33,439 nucleotides of DNA from Octopus bimaculoides. Lineage: Eukaryota. The notes below the pieces were generated by a model. It made no database searches, was not told where the DNA came from, and saw nothing but the letters and a program-made list of their open reading frames with translations. A program made the translations under genes and the position numbers. Location: NCBI RefSeq assembly GCF_001194135.2, contig NC_068998.1:54099723-54133161 (forward strand), written 5' to 3'. Positions 22,150 to 33,347 of this stretch are shown piece by piece; positions within the stretch are counted from its first letter, which is position 1; each line of letters opens with the position of its first letter.

Positions 22150-22320
22150 TCTTAATCAAAAAGTTTTGTATCAATCTGATGGAGTTCTTCAGTCATTCTA
22201 TTCATTCTTTCCCCACCTCCAGATCGTAACGTTTGTATCCTACAAATATATTTATCTTCGAGTGTTTTAAGGGCTGGAATGTCAGTGGAGTCAGAATATT
22301 TTCTGAAAATGTATATTTTG
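22150..22320 (-). mobile_element. Possible Penelope GIY-YIG C-terminal remnant
   Basis: Open frame IYIFRKYSDSTDIPALKTLEDKYICRIQTLRSGGGERMN fits the E..(F/W/Y)I..L.T...G.N pattern. Confidence 0.3.
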
Positions 22321-22429
22321 TACCAAATATTGAGGTCGGTGGCATCGACTGACCTCCATCCCCTGAAACATTAAAACGTCTGATGTCACATGAGCCAAAT
22401 CAGCGGCGTCACAAACGGCTGTATTAAAA

Positions 22430-22540
22430 TGTACCATACTCGAAAGGATGAAATGCAAAGTTGACCTCGATGATATTTGAACTCATAACACGCAGAGCCG
22501 GACGAAACGCCACTAACCGTTCTGCCGGCTCGCCGCCTTT
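22430..22540 (-). mobile_element. SINE family A, 5' half with internal deletion
   Basis: CGAAAGGATGAAATGCAAAGTTGACCTCG..ATTTGAACTC..TCTGCCGGCTCGCCGCC. Confidence 0.7.
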
Positions 22541-23063
22541 AGTCATTGTATAATAATAGTGACAAACTTAGCTTCATTAAAATTCACCGTCACACATGCG
22601 AGCGCGCACGCACATGCTCACGCATACCAAGCTATCGGACCAGCCAACTGTACAAGATTACACTCCAAGAAGATCAGATGCTACTAACGCAATTATAGAC
22701 CAACGTCCAGCAGTGAAAATTCAACAAAAATGGGGTAAATGGTAAATAATACATAAACAAAGACAAATATAAGGCGATGCTCCAGTATGGCCGCAGCCCA
22801 TTGACTGAAAGAAAGAATACGCAGATACGCGCACGCACACACCATGCACGCACGCACACAACTTCAAACGCGTAACACACCAAAAATCATGTGACCTGAG
22901 AGAGCTTCTCTGTCATCATTAGATCTGCTAGAATTAGTAAGCCAAACATCCCTCAAATCGAATGCCATATTCGAAAACACATGTGCGCACGCGTGAGAAG
23001 AACAGAATCTATGATGTGACTCAGAATCCATTGTCTGGAAAGTAAACCAAGAAACGTTGTGCG

Positions 23064-23420
23064 ACATGGCTGCACACCTGAAATAATCGCTTTGAAATCA
23101 CGTGGTACATGGCTGTACATATAAAATAAATGCTTTGAAATCACGTGATTTCTGGTTCAGGTCCCACTGCACGGTATCTTCTACTTTAGCCCCGGACCGA
23201 CCAATACTTCGTGAGTAAATTTTGTTGACGGAAACTGTATGGAAGCTTGTTGTATGTACAGACACATATATATGTCTGTACATACAAACTGTGTTGGTTT
23301 GTTTACACCCCCGCACAACAAAAAACTTATAGAATGTGTCTTGGGGTAGACTTGTTCGACTAAACTCTTCAAAGCGGTGCCCCAGCATGGCCGCAGTCCA
23401 AATTACTAAAACAAAATAAA
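23064..23420 (+). mobile_element. SINE family B, degenerate, with tandemly duplicated head
   Basis: GGTTCAGGTCCCACTGC, CTTCTACT, GACGGAAACTG, GCGGTGCCCCAGCATGGCCGCAGTC blocks. Confidence 0.7.
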
Positions 23421-23733
23421 ATATAGGGAAAACTATGACTGGAAATCCTCCATGATGGACTTACTAGATGACACGCTGGGGCCACACAGAAAACGCTCAT
23501 AAATCGTCTCCGCTACACACCGAGTGATGCACAACTTTGAGCTTGTAAGGAAACTTAAGTTTGAAATTCATATATAATTTACATTTTTATTTTCTATAAA
23601 TTAAATTGCAACGCTATACTAATCAAAATTTACTAATTAACGCAGCTTCAATGAGAAAAATTATATCAATATTGGAAGAGATTTATCGAAAACAACAAAC
23701 GAAAGACGTGTGAAGTATAATTAAATCTAGTCA

Positions 23734-23734
<1 letters not shown>

Positions 23735-23805
<71 letters not shown>

Positions 23806-24165
23806 NNNNNNNNNNNNNNNNNNNNNNNNNNNNNNNNNNNNNNNNNNNNNNNNNNNNNNNNNNNNNNNNNNNNNNNNNNNNNNNNNNNNNNNNNNNNNNN
23901 NNNNNNNNNNNNNNNNNNNNNNNNNNNNNNNNNNNNNNNNNNNNNNNNNNNNNNNNNNNNNNNNNNNNNNNNNNNNNNNNNNNNNNNNNNNNNNNNNNNN
24001 NNNNNNNNNNNNNNNNNNNNNNNNNNNNNNNNNNNNNNNNNNNNNNNNNNNNNNNNNNNNNNNNNNNNNNNNNNNNNNNNNNNNNNNNNNNNNNNNNNNN
24101 NNNNNNNNNNNNNNNNNNNNNNNNNNNNNNNNNNNNNNNNNNNNNNNNNNNNNTATATATATATA
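23735..24165. repeat. (ATT)n and (TA)n around assembly gap N23806-24153
   Basis: Direct reading. Confidence 0.95.
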
Positions 24166-24309
24166 CAGACAGACAGACGTATACATAAAACATTCATACA
24201 TATAGACACAGCTACATACGCATAAAAACACATTTCGCGCATGCATATACATACAAATAAGCACATATTCGCATGCATACATACATACATTACATTAAAT
24301 TTTATCTAC

Positions 24310-24460
24310 TACCATAGGCGTTCTTGGTTACACAACAAATTTTCATAATGGAAATTCTGGTTGGATTCCAAGAACAACACAAAAGCTCAATCACATCACC
24401 AAAATGCAACCAATTGATGGAACAATGAAAATATGTAAAGAATTCTCAAGATTGTTCATT
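24310..24460 (+). mobile_element. RLE-type LINE C-terminal remnant related to 19301
   Basis: TIGVLGYTT..IDGTMKICKEF versus SIGALGYVT..ITGTVKICKTF. Confidence 0.5.
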
Positions 24461-25042
24461 TTACTTTCTTAAAATGTACATTTATACTCAATGTCTGCAT
24501 TTGAGTCCGCACACAGAGTCTCACAGACAGACAGACAGACAGGCAGACAGATAGATGGATAGATAGATAGATAGATAGATAGATGCATACATATACATAC
24601 ATACATAAACGGGAAGCCTGGCTGCTTGTATACAACACAGAGGGAACTGATGAGTCTTGACATGCCAACCCTTGGACACGAGGAGGGTGCCTGGCAGACA
24701 GCTGATTCGACCATACCCAAGATCAGACCGCCAAGCACATTTGAGGATTGGTTTCGGTCATAAAACTCCCGGTGATGAAGTTTACAATGACGAACTAAGA
24801 GAAACAAAATAATTCTGCTTTAAGTATTTCAGTTTTCTTCCATTTGTAAAGTTATTTTGTCAGGAGCGACATTTCAAAACCTAGTAACATAGCATTATGT
24901 GTATGTGTGTATGAATGTACTAATGTGTGTGCGTGTGTGTGTATGTATGCGTGTGTGTTTGTGCGTGGGGGGAGGAATGTATATACACGCATATATGTGC
25001 GTATGTGTGTAATTATATATGAGTGTGTTTTAGTATAAAATT

Positions 25043-25372
25043 CGTGAAGGCGCGTGGTTTAGTGGTTAGGGCATTCGGCTCACGATCGTAAATTCGTGAG
25101 TTCAATTCCGGGCGACGCGTTGTGTCCTTGAGCAAGACACTTTATTTTTCACGTTACTCCAGTCCACTCAGCTGGTAAAAATGAGTAGTAGATGTATTTC
25201 AAAGGGCCGGCCTTGTTGCACTTTGTGTCACGCTGAACATCCCTGAGAATTACTTTAAGGGTGGTACACGTGTCTGTGGAGTGCTCAGCCACTTGCACGT
25301 TAATTTCACGAACAGACTGTTCCGTTGATCGGATCAGCTGGGACCCTCGTCGTCGTAACCGACGGAGTGCTC
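25043..25372 (+). mobile_element. SINE family D, full length, with target-site duplication
   Basis: A box TGGTTTAGTGG 25055-25065, B box GTTCAATTCC 25100-25109, core GTGTCCTTGAGCAAGACACTT, 3' hairpin CGTCG-TAAC-CGACG; flanks TTTTAG(T/A)ATAAAATT. Confidence 0.85.
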
Positions 25373-26080
25373 ACTTTTTTTTAGAATAAAATTTATTGAA
25401 CGTAGTCCGTCGGACAATCTTCAGTCCGTTTGAATAGCTCATGAAATCTCATATCGATTAGAATGGTTATCTCGTCAGCGACCGAAGTGAGTAAATATAA
25501 CAAACGATAAAAATGAACAAATTAAGAATAAAGACTTTAAACGAAGAAACCTTTAAGAGACAAAAGAAAAGACATGAGTTTTACACTAATAGATAGAAAA
25601 GAGATAGTGAGGATGGCGGTGTGGACAGCAGTACACATCTGAGGTCGGTCACCTGGAGAGGAGCTGGTGGTGTTTACACATATGTGAACGTGAACACACA
25701 CATGGGTCTTATATCAAATATTTGGGGAGAGATTTACACTAACCTATTATATGACCCGCCTTACGAAGCGTATGTGCTTCATAATTATCTTTCTGCATAT
25801 AAGTCTCTGTGTGCGTGTGTGTGTCTGTATGTGTGTATATACGTATACGCATATATGGTGGGGGTTGTAGATACATAAATAGACCATACAAAAGCACGCT
25901 GCCCTACATTTTAACACAAATATACATGCACCAATACTCAAACGTCTAAACATATACAACCACATCCATACACACAATAGGAGGGTATAACAACATTGCT
26001 CCGAAACAAATAGACATTTACCAGTGACCGCTTTAACTCTCCACTAACCCCGTTCACTTTCCTATAAAATGCCAAATATT

Positions 26081-26294
26081 CTTTTCTACTCTAGGCACAA
26101 GGCCCGAAATTTGGGCGGAGGGAGCCAGTCGATTAGATTGACCCTGGCACGCAACTGGTACTTAATTTATCGACCCCGAAAGGATGAAAGGCAAAGTCGA
26201 CCTCGGCAGAATTTGAACTTAGAACGTAAAGACAGACGAAATACCGCTAAGCATTTCGCCCGGTGTGCTACCGTTTCTGCCAGCTCGCCGCCTT
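26081..26294 (-). mobile_element. SINE family A, full length and young, with 15-bp target-site duplication
   Basis: Complete head to tail; flanks 26066-26080 and 26295-26309 match at 13 of 15. Confidence 0.92.
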
Positions 26295-26544
26295 AGAATG
26301 TCAAATATTAACTGTTCGTGTGTTCCTTTTGCCTGTATTAAGTATCCTGTACTTAACTTCGCCTACACTGCTTACATGTCCTTATCTCAATAAATATTAG
26401 TAAAAAGTTTGTCCGTGCTTCGTGTGTGTGCGGCAGCGCATGTTTGTATGCATGTATGTGTGTATGTGATGCACTCTCTGGTCAGTTTTGTGGTATGAGG
26501 ATCTAACAACCTATTCAGTTTATTCAGCTTCGATGTTTAAGGTC

Positions 26545-26690
26545 AGCTCTGACATTTTCGTCCCTCCAAGGATTTGCAAACCATTCCACAGATCGTGCAA
26601 GGGCGTGGATTATGGAACGATGCTGCTGATGCTGTTGATGCTGCTACGCTTGATAATGCTTTTCTTCTCCCTCTTAGTTCTCGTTGTTGA
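26545..26690 (-). mobile_element. Possible RTE LINE terminus with decayed C2H2-like motif
   Basis: ELRGRRKALSSVAAS..PRPCTICGMVCKSLEG resembles RTE ends (RRRRK..CP.CGR.C.S..GL..H). Confidence 0.35.
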
Positions 26691-26899
26691 TTATATATTT
26701 ATAATATATTTCTGTTACACATGTATATTTTAAGTTAGCGAGCAATATTGAAGTAACAACACACAGTCGAAGGCTATGTTATTCTTTCCTCCATTTCTGG
26801 TTGTCTTTTTTTCTACTTCTTTCATAACATTGCATCGTTTCCTTCTCTTATCTTCTTTTTATCGCTTTTTCACGTCTACCTTTTCTTTTATATCAGTCC

Positions 26900-26954
26900 A
26901 GTGGTTAGTGGGCTACTAACCCCAAGATTCCGAGTTCGATTCTATGCAGTGACA

Positions 26955-27022
<68 letters not shown>

Positions 27023-27149
27023 GTCGAAAAATACCTTAGGAATGAGAACCCAGGTTCGAAATTTCCCCAAGACACCTGATGAAGGCTGGAGGGTATATCA
27101 GCCGAAACGTTGTGTTAACAAACAAGATGAGGATAAATATCCGTCAAAT
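26900..27149 (+). mobile_element. SINE family C, 5'-truncated head, (AAT)21
   Basis: Collinear and near identical to 14434-14660. Confidence 0.85.
27071..27116 (+). ncRNA. Minimal type I hammerhead ribozyme motif in SINE C, all helices intact
   Basis: GACAC-CTGATGA-A-GGCTG-(10 nt)-CAGCC-GAAA-CGTT-GTGTT; helix I 5 bp with one G-U, helix II 5 bp. Confidence 0.65.
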
Positions 27150-28102
27150 CCAAACTGTTATATATAATATATCTAATTTGTTTATCCGCATAATTGCCTC
27201 CATATTTATATTTATGCATATATGACGTGTGCCTATGTATGTATGCGTGCATGTGTACCTAAAAACACAACGCACCAATAGCGGGGCAAATATGAGTCTG
27301 TTTATGGTTTCGTAGCTTGTTTATGTAGTCTATTTCGCTCTTAAACATTATGCTATGAATGCTCTCTTAACAATTTTATCATTAATGGAGAATTAAAGAT
27401 TATACTTTAAGAGCGTATAGTAGCAAGTGAAGGGAAAATATTATCAGATGTGGAGAAGAGAGAGTGTTGTATATCATTATTATTATTGTTGTTGTTGTTG
27501 TTGTTATTGATTATTATGATCTGGATGTGCGTAATTTAAAGAAAACAACATTCCACTGATTATTTTGGTTGGAAGAAGCGGGCAATAAACATGGCTAATT
27601 TAAGGATTTCATGTAAAAGATGGTTGAACGCACGAAAACTGATTAAAAATAATTTTCAAACAATCGGGATTAAGGTGTAATTAAATTTCGGAATCCAGTG
27701 AGACGGCTACAATAAGAAGAGTGAAAAGGTTTGTTTGTGTAGCTGGGGAATTTTCTAAATATTATATTGACTTGAAAATTGTTGTTTATAGTTCCAGGCC
27801 CGCTTTACGTTTTTCTTTCCATTTATTTATTTATTCATTATGTTGTTTGTTCCTAGTTTAAAACCTTCAAATATTTAGAGAGTGGTGATCGTGTCACACA
27901 AGCATGTGTCAGTGTAAGATTTGATGAGTTCGTATCTGGCGCCGTGAATATGGGTGATCAGCAATAGAATTTGTAGGTCAGAGCCGGGTCTGAAAATCTA
28001 CCTGATGAGTCGAAAGCAAGGAAGTAATACAACTTTGAAAAGAAAAACGGCACGACAAAATATAACTCATGTATAATGTGTGAGCGTGCTCGCACACACA
28101 CA

Positions 28103-28135
<33 letters not shown>

Positions 28136-28145
28136 NNNNNNNNNN

Positions 28146-28179
<34 letters not shown>

Positions 28180-28312
28180 TCGTAAATCCACTTGAAAGTC
28201 TTTGGTCAACTTGAGGCTATACTAGAAAGTATTTGCCCAAAGTGCTACGCAGTGGGACTGAACCCGGAACCATGAGGTCGGGAAGCAAACTTCTTACCAC
28301 ACAACCGCACCT
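28180..28312 (-). mobile_element. SINE family B, 5' half, next to (TA)n and gap N28136-28145
   Basis: CTACGCAGTGGGACTGAACCCGGAACCATG..CTTCTTACCACACA matches 2225-2290. Confidence 0.7.
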
Positions 28313-28334
28313 GTCAGAGAATATCGGAAATATT

Positions 28335-28455
28335 CCGCGTGGATTTTTTTGTGACTCCTTACATTCTGTGCTCAAATTCCTCCTGTCATACTCATGCTTG
28401 CCTTACATCCTCCTGGGGTCAATAAAATAAAGTACCAGTCATCTACTGTGATCCA
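28335..28455 (+). mobile_element. SINE family A, degenerate
   Basis: TTCTGTGCTCAAATTCC, TGCCTTACATCC, GGGGTCAATAAAATAAAGTACCAG. Confidence 0.4.
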
Positions 28456-28539
28456 ATAGTGTTTACAGCAGAAATTTATTAAACTTTGATTGATCTGATT
28501 GTCAAAGTCGTTATAGAACCTTCGGAAGATGCCTGTTGG

Positions 28540-28847
28540 CGGTGGTGTTGGTCGTCGTCGTGGTAGCTGTGGTGGTGGTGGTGGTGGTGGTGGCGGTGGC
28601 AGCTGCGGTAGTAGTAGTAGTAGTAGTAGTAGTGAGGTGAGGAGGAGGAGAAAGGCGAGGAGCAGGGGGGAGCAGGAGGAGGATATCGTACCCAATGTTC
28701 GACAATCCTTGCGTAACATTTTATAAATGAGAGCGATGTGAGTGAACCTTAATTATAATTAATTTGAAAGCTTTTAATTATTTTTTTAAAACTGGGAAAA
28801 TGAAAAGAAAAATCGAAAACCATGTACCTTGCAAATAATTGATACGA

Positions 28848-28905
<58 letters not shown>

Positions 28906-29155
28906 GGGAAAGCAGATTTCCCAAAGGAATAGGAAAAAAAGAAAAACCTTGCTATTGATGCTACTATTATGGATGATGATGATGATGATGGGGTGGAAGT
29001 GGGTGTGGTGATGATAATGATAATGATAATGGCTACGACGACGGCGACGACGACGGCGACGACGACGGCGACGACGACCACGATTTATGAAGATGACGAC
29101 GCTGAGGAGGAGGAGGGCAGCGCTAGCGGTGGTTTTGTCGGTGGTGGTGGTGAAA
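28540..29155. repeat. Mosaic of trinucleotide repeats (GGT, AGT, GAG, AAT, GAT, ACG)
   Basis: Direct reading. Confidence 0.9.
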
Positions 29156-29305
29156 GTGATGCATTGAGTAAGAATATTTAATTTCTGCGTATAATAATGT
29201 AAGTCTTCCTGCTTGAAGCATCGTTCTGGAATGAGTTCAAACGGTGATGGAGTGGGAAGAGAAAAATCTGACCATTTTCTACGTTCAACGAACGGTTTCC
29301 TTCAG

Positions 29306-29360
29306 ATATGGCGTTTACCTTTAACGCTTTACTTCGTGACCAGCAGCCGTCCACAAAGAG
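29306..29360 (+). CDS. Candidate coding exon MAFTFNALLRDQQPSTK(R), product unknown
   Basis: Acceptor GGTTTCCTTCAG, donor GAG/GTAAGA, ATG at 29308, phase 2 exit compatible with acceptors at 33071 and 33146. Confidence 0.35.
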
Positions 29361-29459
29361 GTAAGATATTGACCAGCCAAATCAACGATGCAGTTTCGAT
29401 TCCCAGTTGAAACTACTTCACTTCAGTTCTAATCATTCCTTTTCACCTCACCCAGTAAA

Positions 29460-29605
29460 TGCGCGTGGCCTATTGGTTAAAACGTTGAACTTACGATCGC
29501 AAGATCGTCGTTTCGCTTCTCAGACGCGGTGCTGCGTTGTGCCCTTGGGGGAAATACTTCATTTCACGTGGCAGCAGTCCACTCGGCTGTAAATGAGTAA
29601 CCGTC
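29460..29605 (+). mobile_element. SINE family D, degenerate 5' half
   Basis: GCGCGTGGCC..TGGTTA..ACGATCG..GCGTTGTGCCCTTG..CAGTCCACTCGGCTGTAAATGAGTA matches 25050-25180. Confidence 0.6.
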
Positions 29606-29769
29606 TGACGGATTGGTGTTGGTCTCATTCTGAGGAATGTGATTTCGATCACCACAGAAACCAGATATCCGGTCCCATGAGTCCCAGCATTCGAGATAGA
29701 ACTTATTTACATCCCACTTAGGGTATTCCTATTTAAGAACCCTGCTGTGGGATTTACAATATTTCTGGT

Positions 29770-29875
29770 ATAGACATAAGGCCATTGATTTGGCGGAGTG
29801 ATGATGTTGTCTCCCACCCTAATCTTTATTCTATTGATCCCAGAAATATGAAAGGTAAAGTTAATCTCAGAACAT
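29770..29875 (-). mobile_element. SINE family A, very degenerate
   Basis: AGACATAAGGCC, TATTGATCCCAGAA..ATGAAAGGTAAAGT..CTCAGAAC. Confidence 0.35.
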
Positions 29876-31837
29876 AATGAGTCGAAATAAAAACTGTCCT
29901 CACGATTCTGTCAATGCATTTATTTCAACGTCAGCATTTATAATACCTGGCCGTTGGTGTAGAATTACGTCTATCCTTATTTATCAGTGGTTCATTCACC
30001 ACTGATCCGAGATAACACAGTAAGTTGTTTGCTAACCGTGTTGCGCTTATCACGAATTGATCCGTAATAACAAGGGTCGATGATCCATCAAAGATACTGC
30101 TTGGACTGCAAAAGTATGCCCCAGCAACCATCCACACTGCTCAGAACAACTTGGGGTCTCGGAACAAAATCTGTTTTTCCCACGTGTTCTATTATTCATT
30201 TCTCGCTGGCTCATTTAACACGATGGGGTTTGTTTTAACTAAATACCTGTAATAAACGAGGGTAGATGTACTAACATATATGTATTTGCATTTATGTGAG
30301 AATTAGTGTGTGAACGTACACATAAGGAAGCAAATATTTTACATTAAACAAACTTCTTCAGTAAACAAATTTCAGTAAATATTACATAAATATTTCGGCC
30401 CTCTCCAAAGTGATGGTGTAGGCGTTAACAGGTGATATGTTTTCCGATAATTGAAATGGTCTTGCGCATTTCCGTTAACCAGGTATTTCACTTCTTGCTT
30501 CATGGTGTTCGCCACAACATATTCAGATATATTGGATTCTTTTAGGCAAGATACAGAAAGAAGCGATATTCGAAAATCGTTCGGTGATTGAGAAACTGGA
30601 ATTATAATCTCCATGATTTTTTTCCCCAGTTCCATTAATGACATAAGTAAGTAATGCGTAATGGTTTTTCAATTATGGCTTGAAGCAGCGTCGCCATTTT
30701 TTTTATTACTGAGTGCTCACTTCTTACAAAACGTTCTCCGACAAACCTCGAAATACTATTGGTGGTAGATCTTGTAAGTTCTAAAGTACATATTGATTTA
30801 ATCAATCTATTCAGACTACCTTGTAACTAGTTTCATCTGCAGAAGCCAACGGCTGTTTTGATAATCCAGACAGAAGTCGATATGCTTCATTTCCGTGCAG
30901 ATCTCTTTAATACAGAGACAGACGTGTCAGAGACGAATGAATGTCAGGTCGAAATTAGTTCAATTAATTGAACTTTGCATAAAATATAGACGATGAAATT
31001 CACTGAGTTTTCTCCATTTTTTTATTCCACAAATCTGTCTGAATTACTTCAGCAGTGTGACCTAAAACATTTGACAAGTTTTGATTGAACAAAAAGTACT
31101 GCAATTTATAGAGATTTGTCAGAGAAAAGTGTCTGACTGATGATAAGAGACAACAAGAGGGATTCTTCTGCCTTCTTGTGTTTCAAAGAACGCTCTTTTA
31201 CTATTTTTTTTTATTTTGTTTCTCTTTCTTATTGTTGTTTTAGTTTGGAACGTTTAATGAATGTTCTTGAGAAACATGTATGTAAAAAATAAAAACCAAA
31301 ATTATTGAAGTGATTCCACACAGCTTGAGAAAAAGAAAAAATACAATGCAAAATAATTTAAAGAGCACGTGATCAGCCAGCTTTCCTTTCGCACATTGTT
31401 ATATAGTTTATAGAATGATATTGTTTTTGTTCTTTGTATGATTCCTAACTACATTCATATTTGGAAATTATGTCATGATTTTCACAATTCTTAATGGAAT
31501 TGACGAAATATTTTAAAGGGTTGCTATAATAAAATTTAACAAAACAATTTTTTTTAATGTATCCTTTAAAAAATGAATATTGAAGCAGAGGAAATATTAT
31601 GAAAGAAAAGCAAAATTATCAGTTAATGCATATCGAGGAACGAGGTCAAAATGAAAATATTTTAATTCAGGGTAGTATATAGATATTTACCGATCGCAGT
31701 CATAATGGCTTCAACATTTGTTTGTGCGCGATTCGTTGCCGCAGTGCTAAATAGTAATAGGGTACCACCTATTGTTCTAGTTCTGCAACAAAGACAATCT
31801 TTACAAGAGGTTGATGACAAGTGTTCCTGTTCGAATA

Positions 31838-31945
31838 ATTTCGGAGTCGATAAATTAAGTACAAGTTGTATACTGGGGTCGATCTAATCGACTGGCCCTC
31901 TCCCCAAAAATATCGGGCCTTGTGCCTTGAGTAGAAAAGAATATT
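31838..31945 (+). mobile_element. SINE family A, 3' half
   Basis: TTCGGAGTCGATAAATTAAGTAC..CTGGGGTCGATCTAATCGACTGGCCC..GTAGAAAAGAATATT. Confidence 0.85.
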
Positions 31946-32398
31946 AAAATAGTTATATCTATATATCATATTTTCAATACATTTGCATTATTGAAGGCAG
32001 GTTCTGTTCCCAAGGAGATTATGGCCTTACGTGTCGCAGATTCAGCATCTCGACTCATCAGAGAGCTTACGTCATACTCTAATGCTCACGTTATTCCACC
32101 CTTTTCGATATTCCTGCTCTAGTAACAACACGTTGCTTTGTGCCTGTTTGGCCTGTTGTCTTTCTACCTTTGTTCTTAGGATTATGTCTTTGCACCTGTA
32201 TTTGTGCATGTGTGAATATATAGCGTCGAGTGCATTCGTATGAAATAGTTATATACACACACATAGATACATAAATACATATATTAATTGATATACAGAT
32301 TGATAGGTAGATAAATAGATTTATTGATAGATACATAGACAGACAGACAAATAGTTCCATGTTATACATACATACTTGCATGCATGCATGCATGCATG

Positions 32399-32498
32399 CA
32401 TACATACATACATACATACATACATGCATACATACATACATACATACATACATACATACATACATACATACATACATACATACATACATACATACATA
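32399..32498. repeat. (TACA)n microsatellite preceded by (TGCA)n
   Basis: Direct reading. Confidence 0.95.
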
Positions 32499-33059
32499 CT
32501 TGCATATATGCATAGTACATACATATAAGCATACATACAAACACGTACGTGTGTCCATGCGTGTTAGGAGGTAACTAGATGTAGCCGGATGATATTTCTT
32601 TCCAACCTGTCTTCACTTCATCGGATTTTGAAACCGATTCTCCCGGGATAAACCGACATTTTCTGCATATTATTCCAAGCAGTTTATTCTATCCGTTAAA
32701 ACCGAAGTCAAGATTATAAACTGAAGCCAGAATCTTTCTTCAGAAATATTTATTATATCACTTTTAAATTCCCACCCACCCATCCTCTCCGCTACTTCAT
32801 CTGCAACAATGTCAGTTGAGATTTATACTTTCCAACCAATGCCTTTGGAAATGACAGGATAACAGAGAAATGAAACCACAGGAGGTCGACAGACTCTGTC
32901 AAAACCAAAACTCCTCCACAAATCCGATTCCATTATCTCTAAACACTTACCAAACCTCGTTAACCTATCGAGTCGATGGCTGATATGCGATTTCGAAAGC
33001 TGTCTATTTTACTTTCATTGTTCTTATTTTTCTTCATCTTGATTTTAATGCTTTTGTTG

Positions 33060-33200
33060 TTTCTCGCCCAGATCAGTCCCAGTTTCATCAAACATGTCGC
33101 TGATTAAAGGCCTCCAAGCTGTCGTCATCTGGTTGTTTCCTTTCAGACTCAGTCATGACACGGTGATTCAATTTGACAACAGTTCTGATGAGAGTTCAAC
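33060..33200 (-). mobile_element. Possible very old RTE remnant antisense to the candidate exon
   Basis: TLIRTVV..LEAFNQR then, after a frameshift, CLMKLGLIW resemble RTE TLIRPVV and LEAFHQRCLRKILGI.W. Confidence 0.25.
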
Positions 33201-33247
33201 AAAGCTGACGGAAACGGCCCCATTATCTGCATCTATTACACATCCCA
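33147..33247 (+). CDS. Candidate coding exon LSHDTVIQFDNSSDESSTKLTETAPLSASITHP (in-frame alternative acceptor would start at 33072)
   Basis: Acceptor GTTGTTTCCTTTCAG, donor CA/GTACGT (or GTATGA at 33252); phase matches exon 29306-29360; caveat: faint RTE-like words on the opposite strand. Confidence 0.3.
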
Positions 33248-33280
33248 GTACGTATGACATCGTACAAAACTTTAGCACCA

Positions 33281-33347
33281 ATTCTTTTATCTTTTACCTT
33301 TTACGGATTTCAGCCAGAGGCTGAGGCCATGCTGGAGCACTGCCTTT
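33281..33347 (-). mobile_element. SINE family B, extreme 3' end
   Basis: CTTTTA..TTTCAG..GCTGAGGCCATGCTGGAGCACTGCCTTT. Confidence 0.55.

Noticed and set aside
24647-24683. CTGATGA plus a GTCT/GGAC stem as a hammerhead
   Set aside because: No GAAA after the stem.
28002-28030. CTGATGAGTCGAAAG as a hammerhead
   Set aside because: Helix II cannot close and the second conserved strand is missing.
28372-29081. Pro-, Gly-, Asn- and Tyr-rich ORFs
   Set aside because: Translations of trinucleotide microsatellites in several frames; only the 28969 frame is kept as a weak hypothesis.
32945-33100. Minus-strand coding exon ending at the strong donor TTG/GTAAGT (32950)
   Set aside because: All frames have stops shortly before the donor and no acceptor was found.
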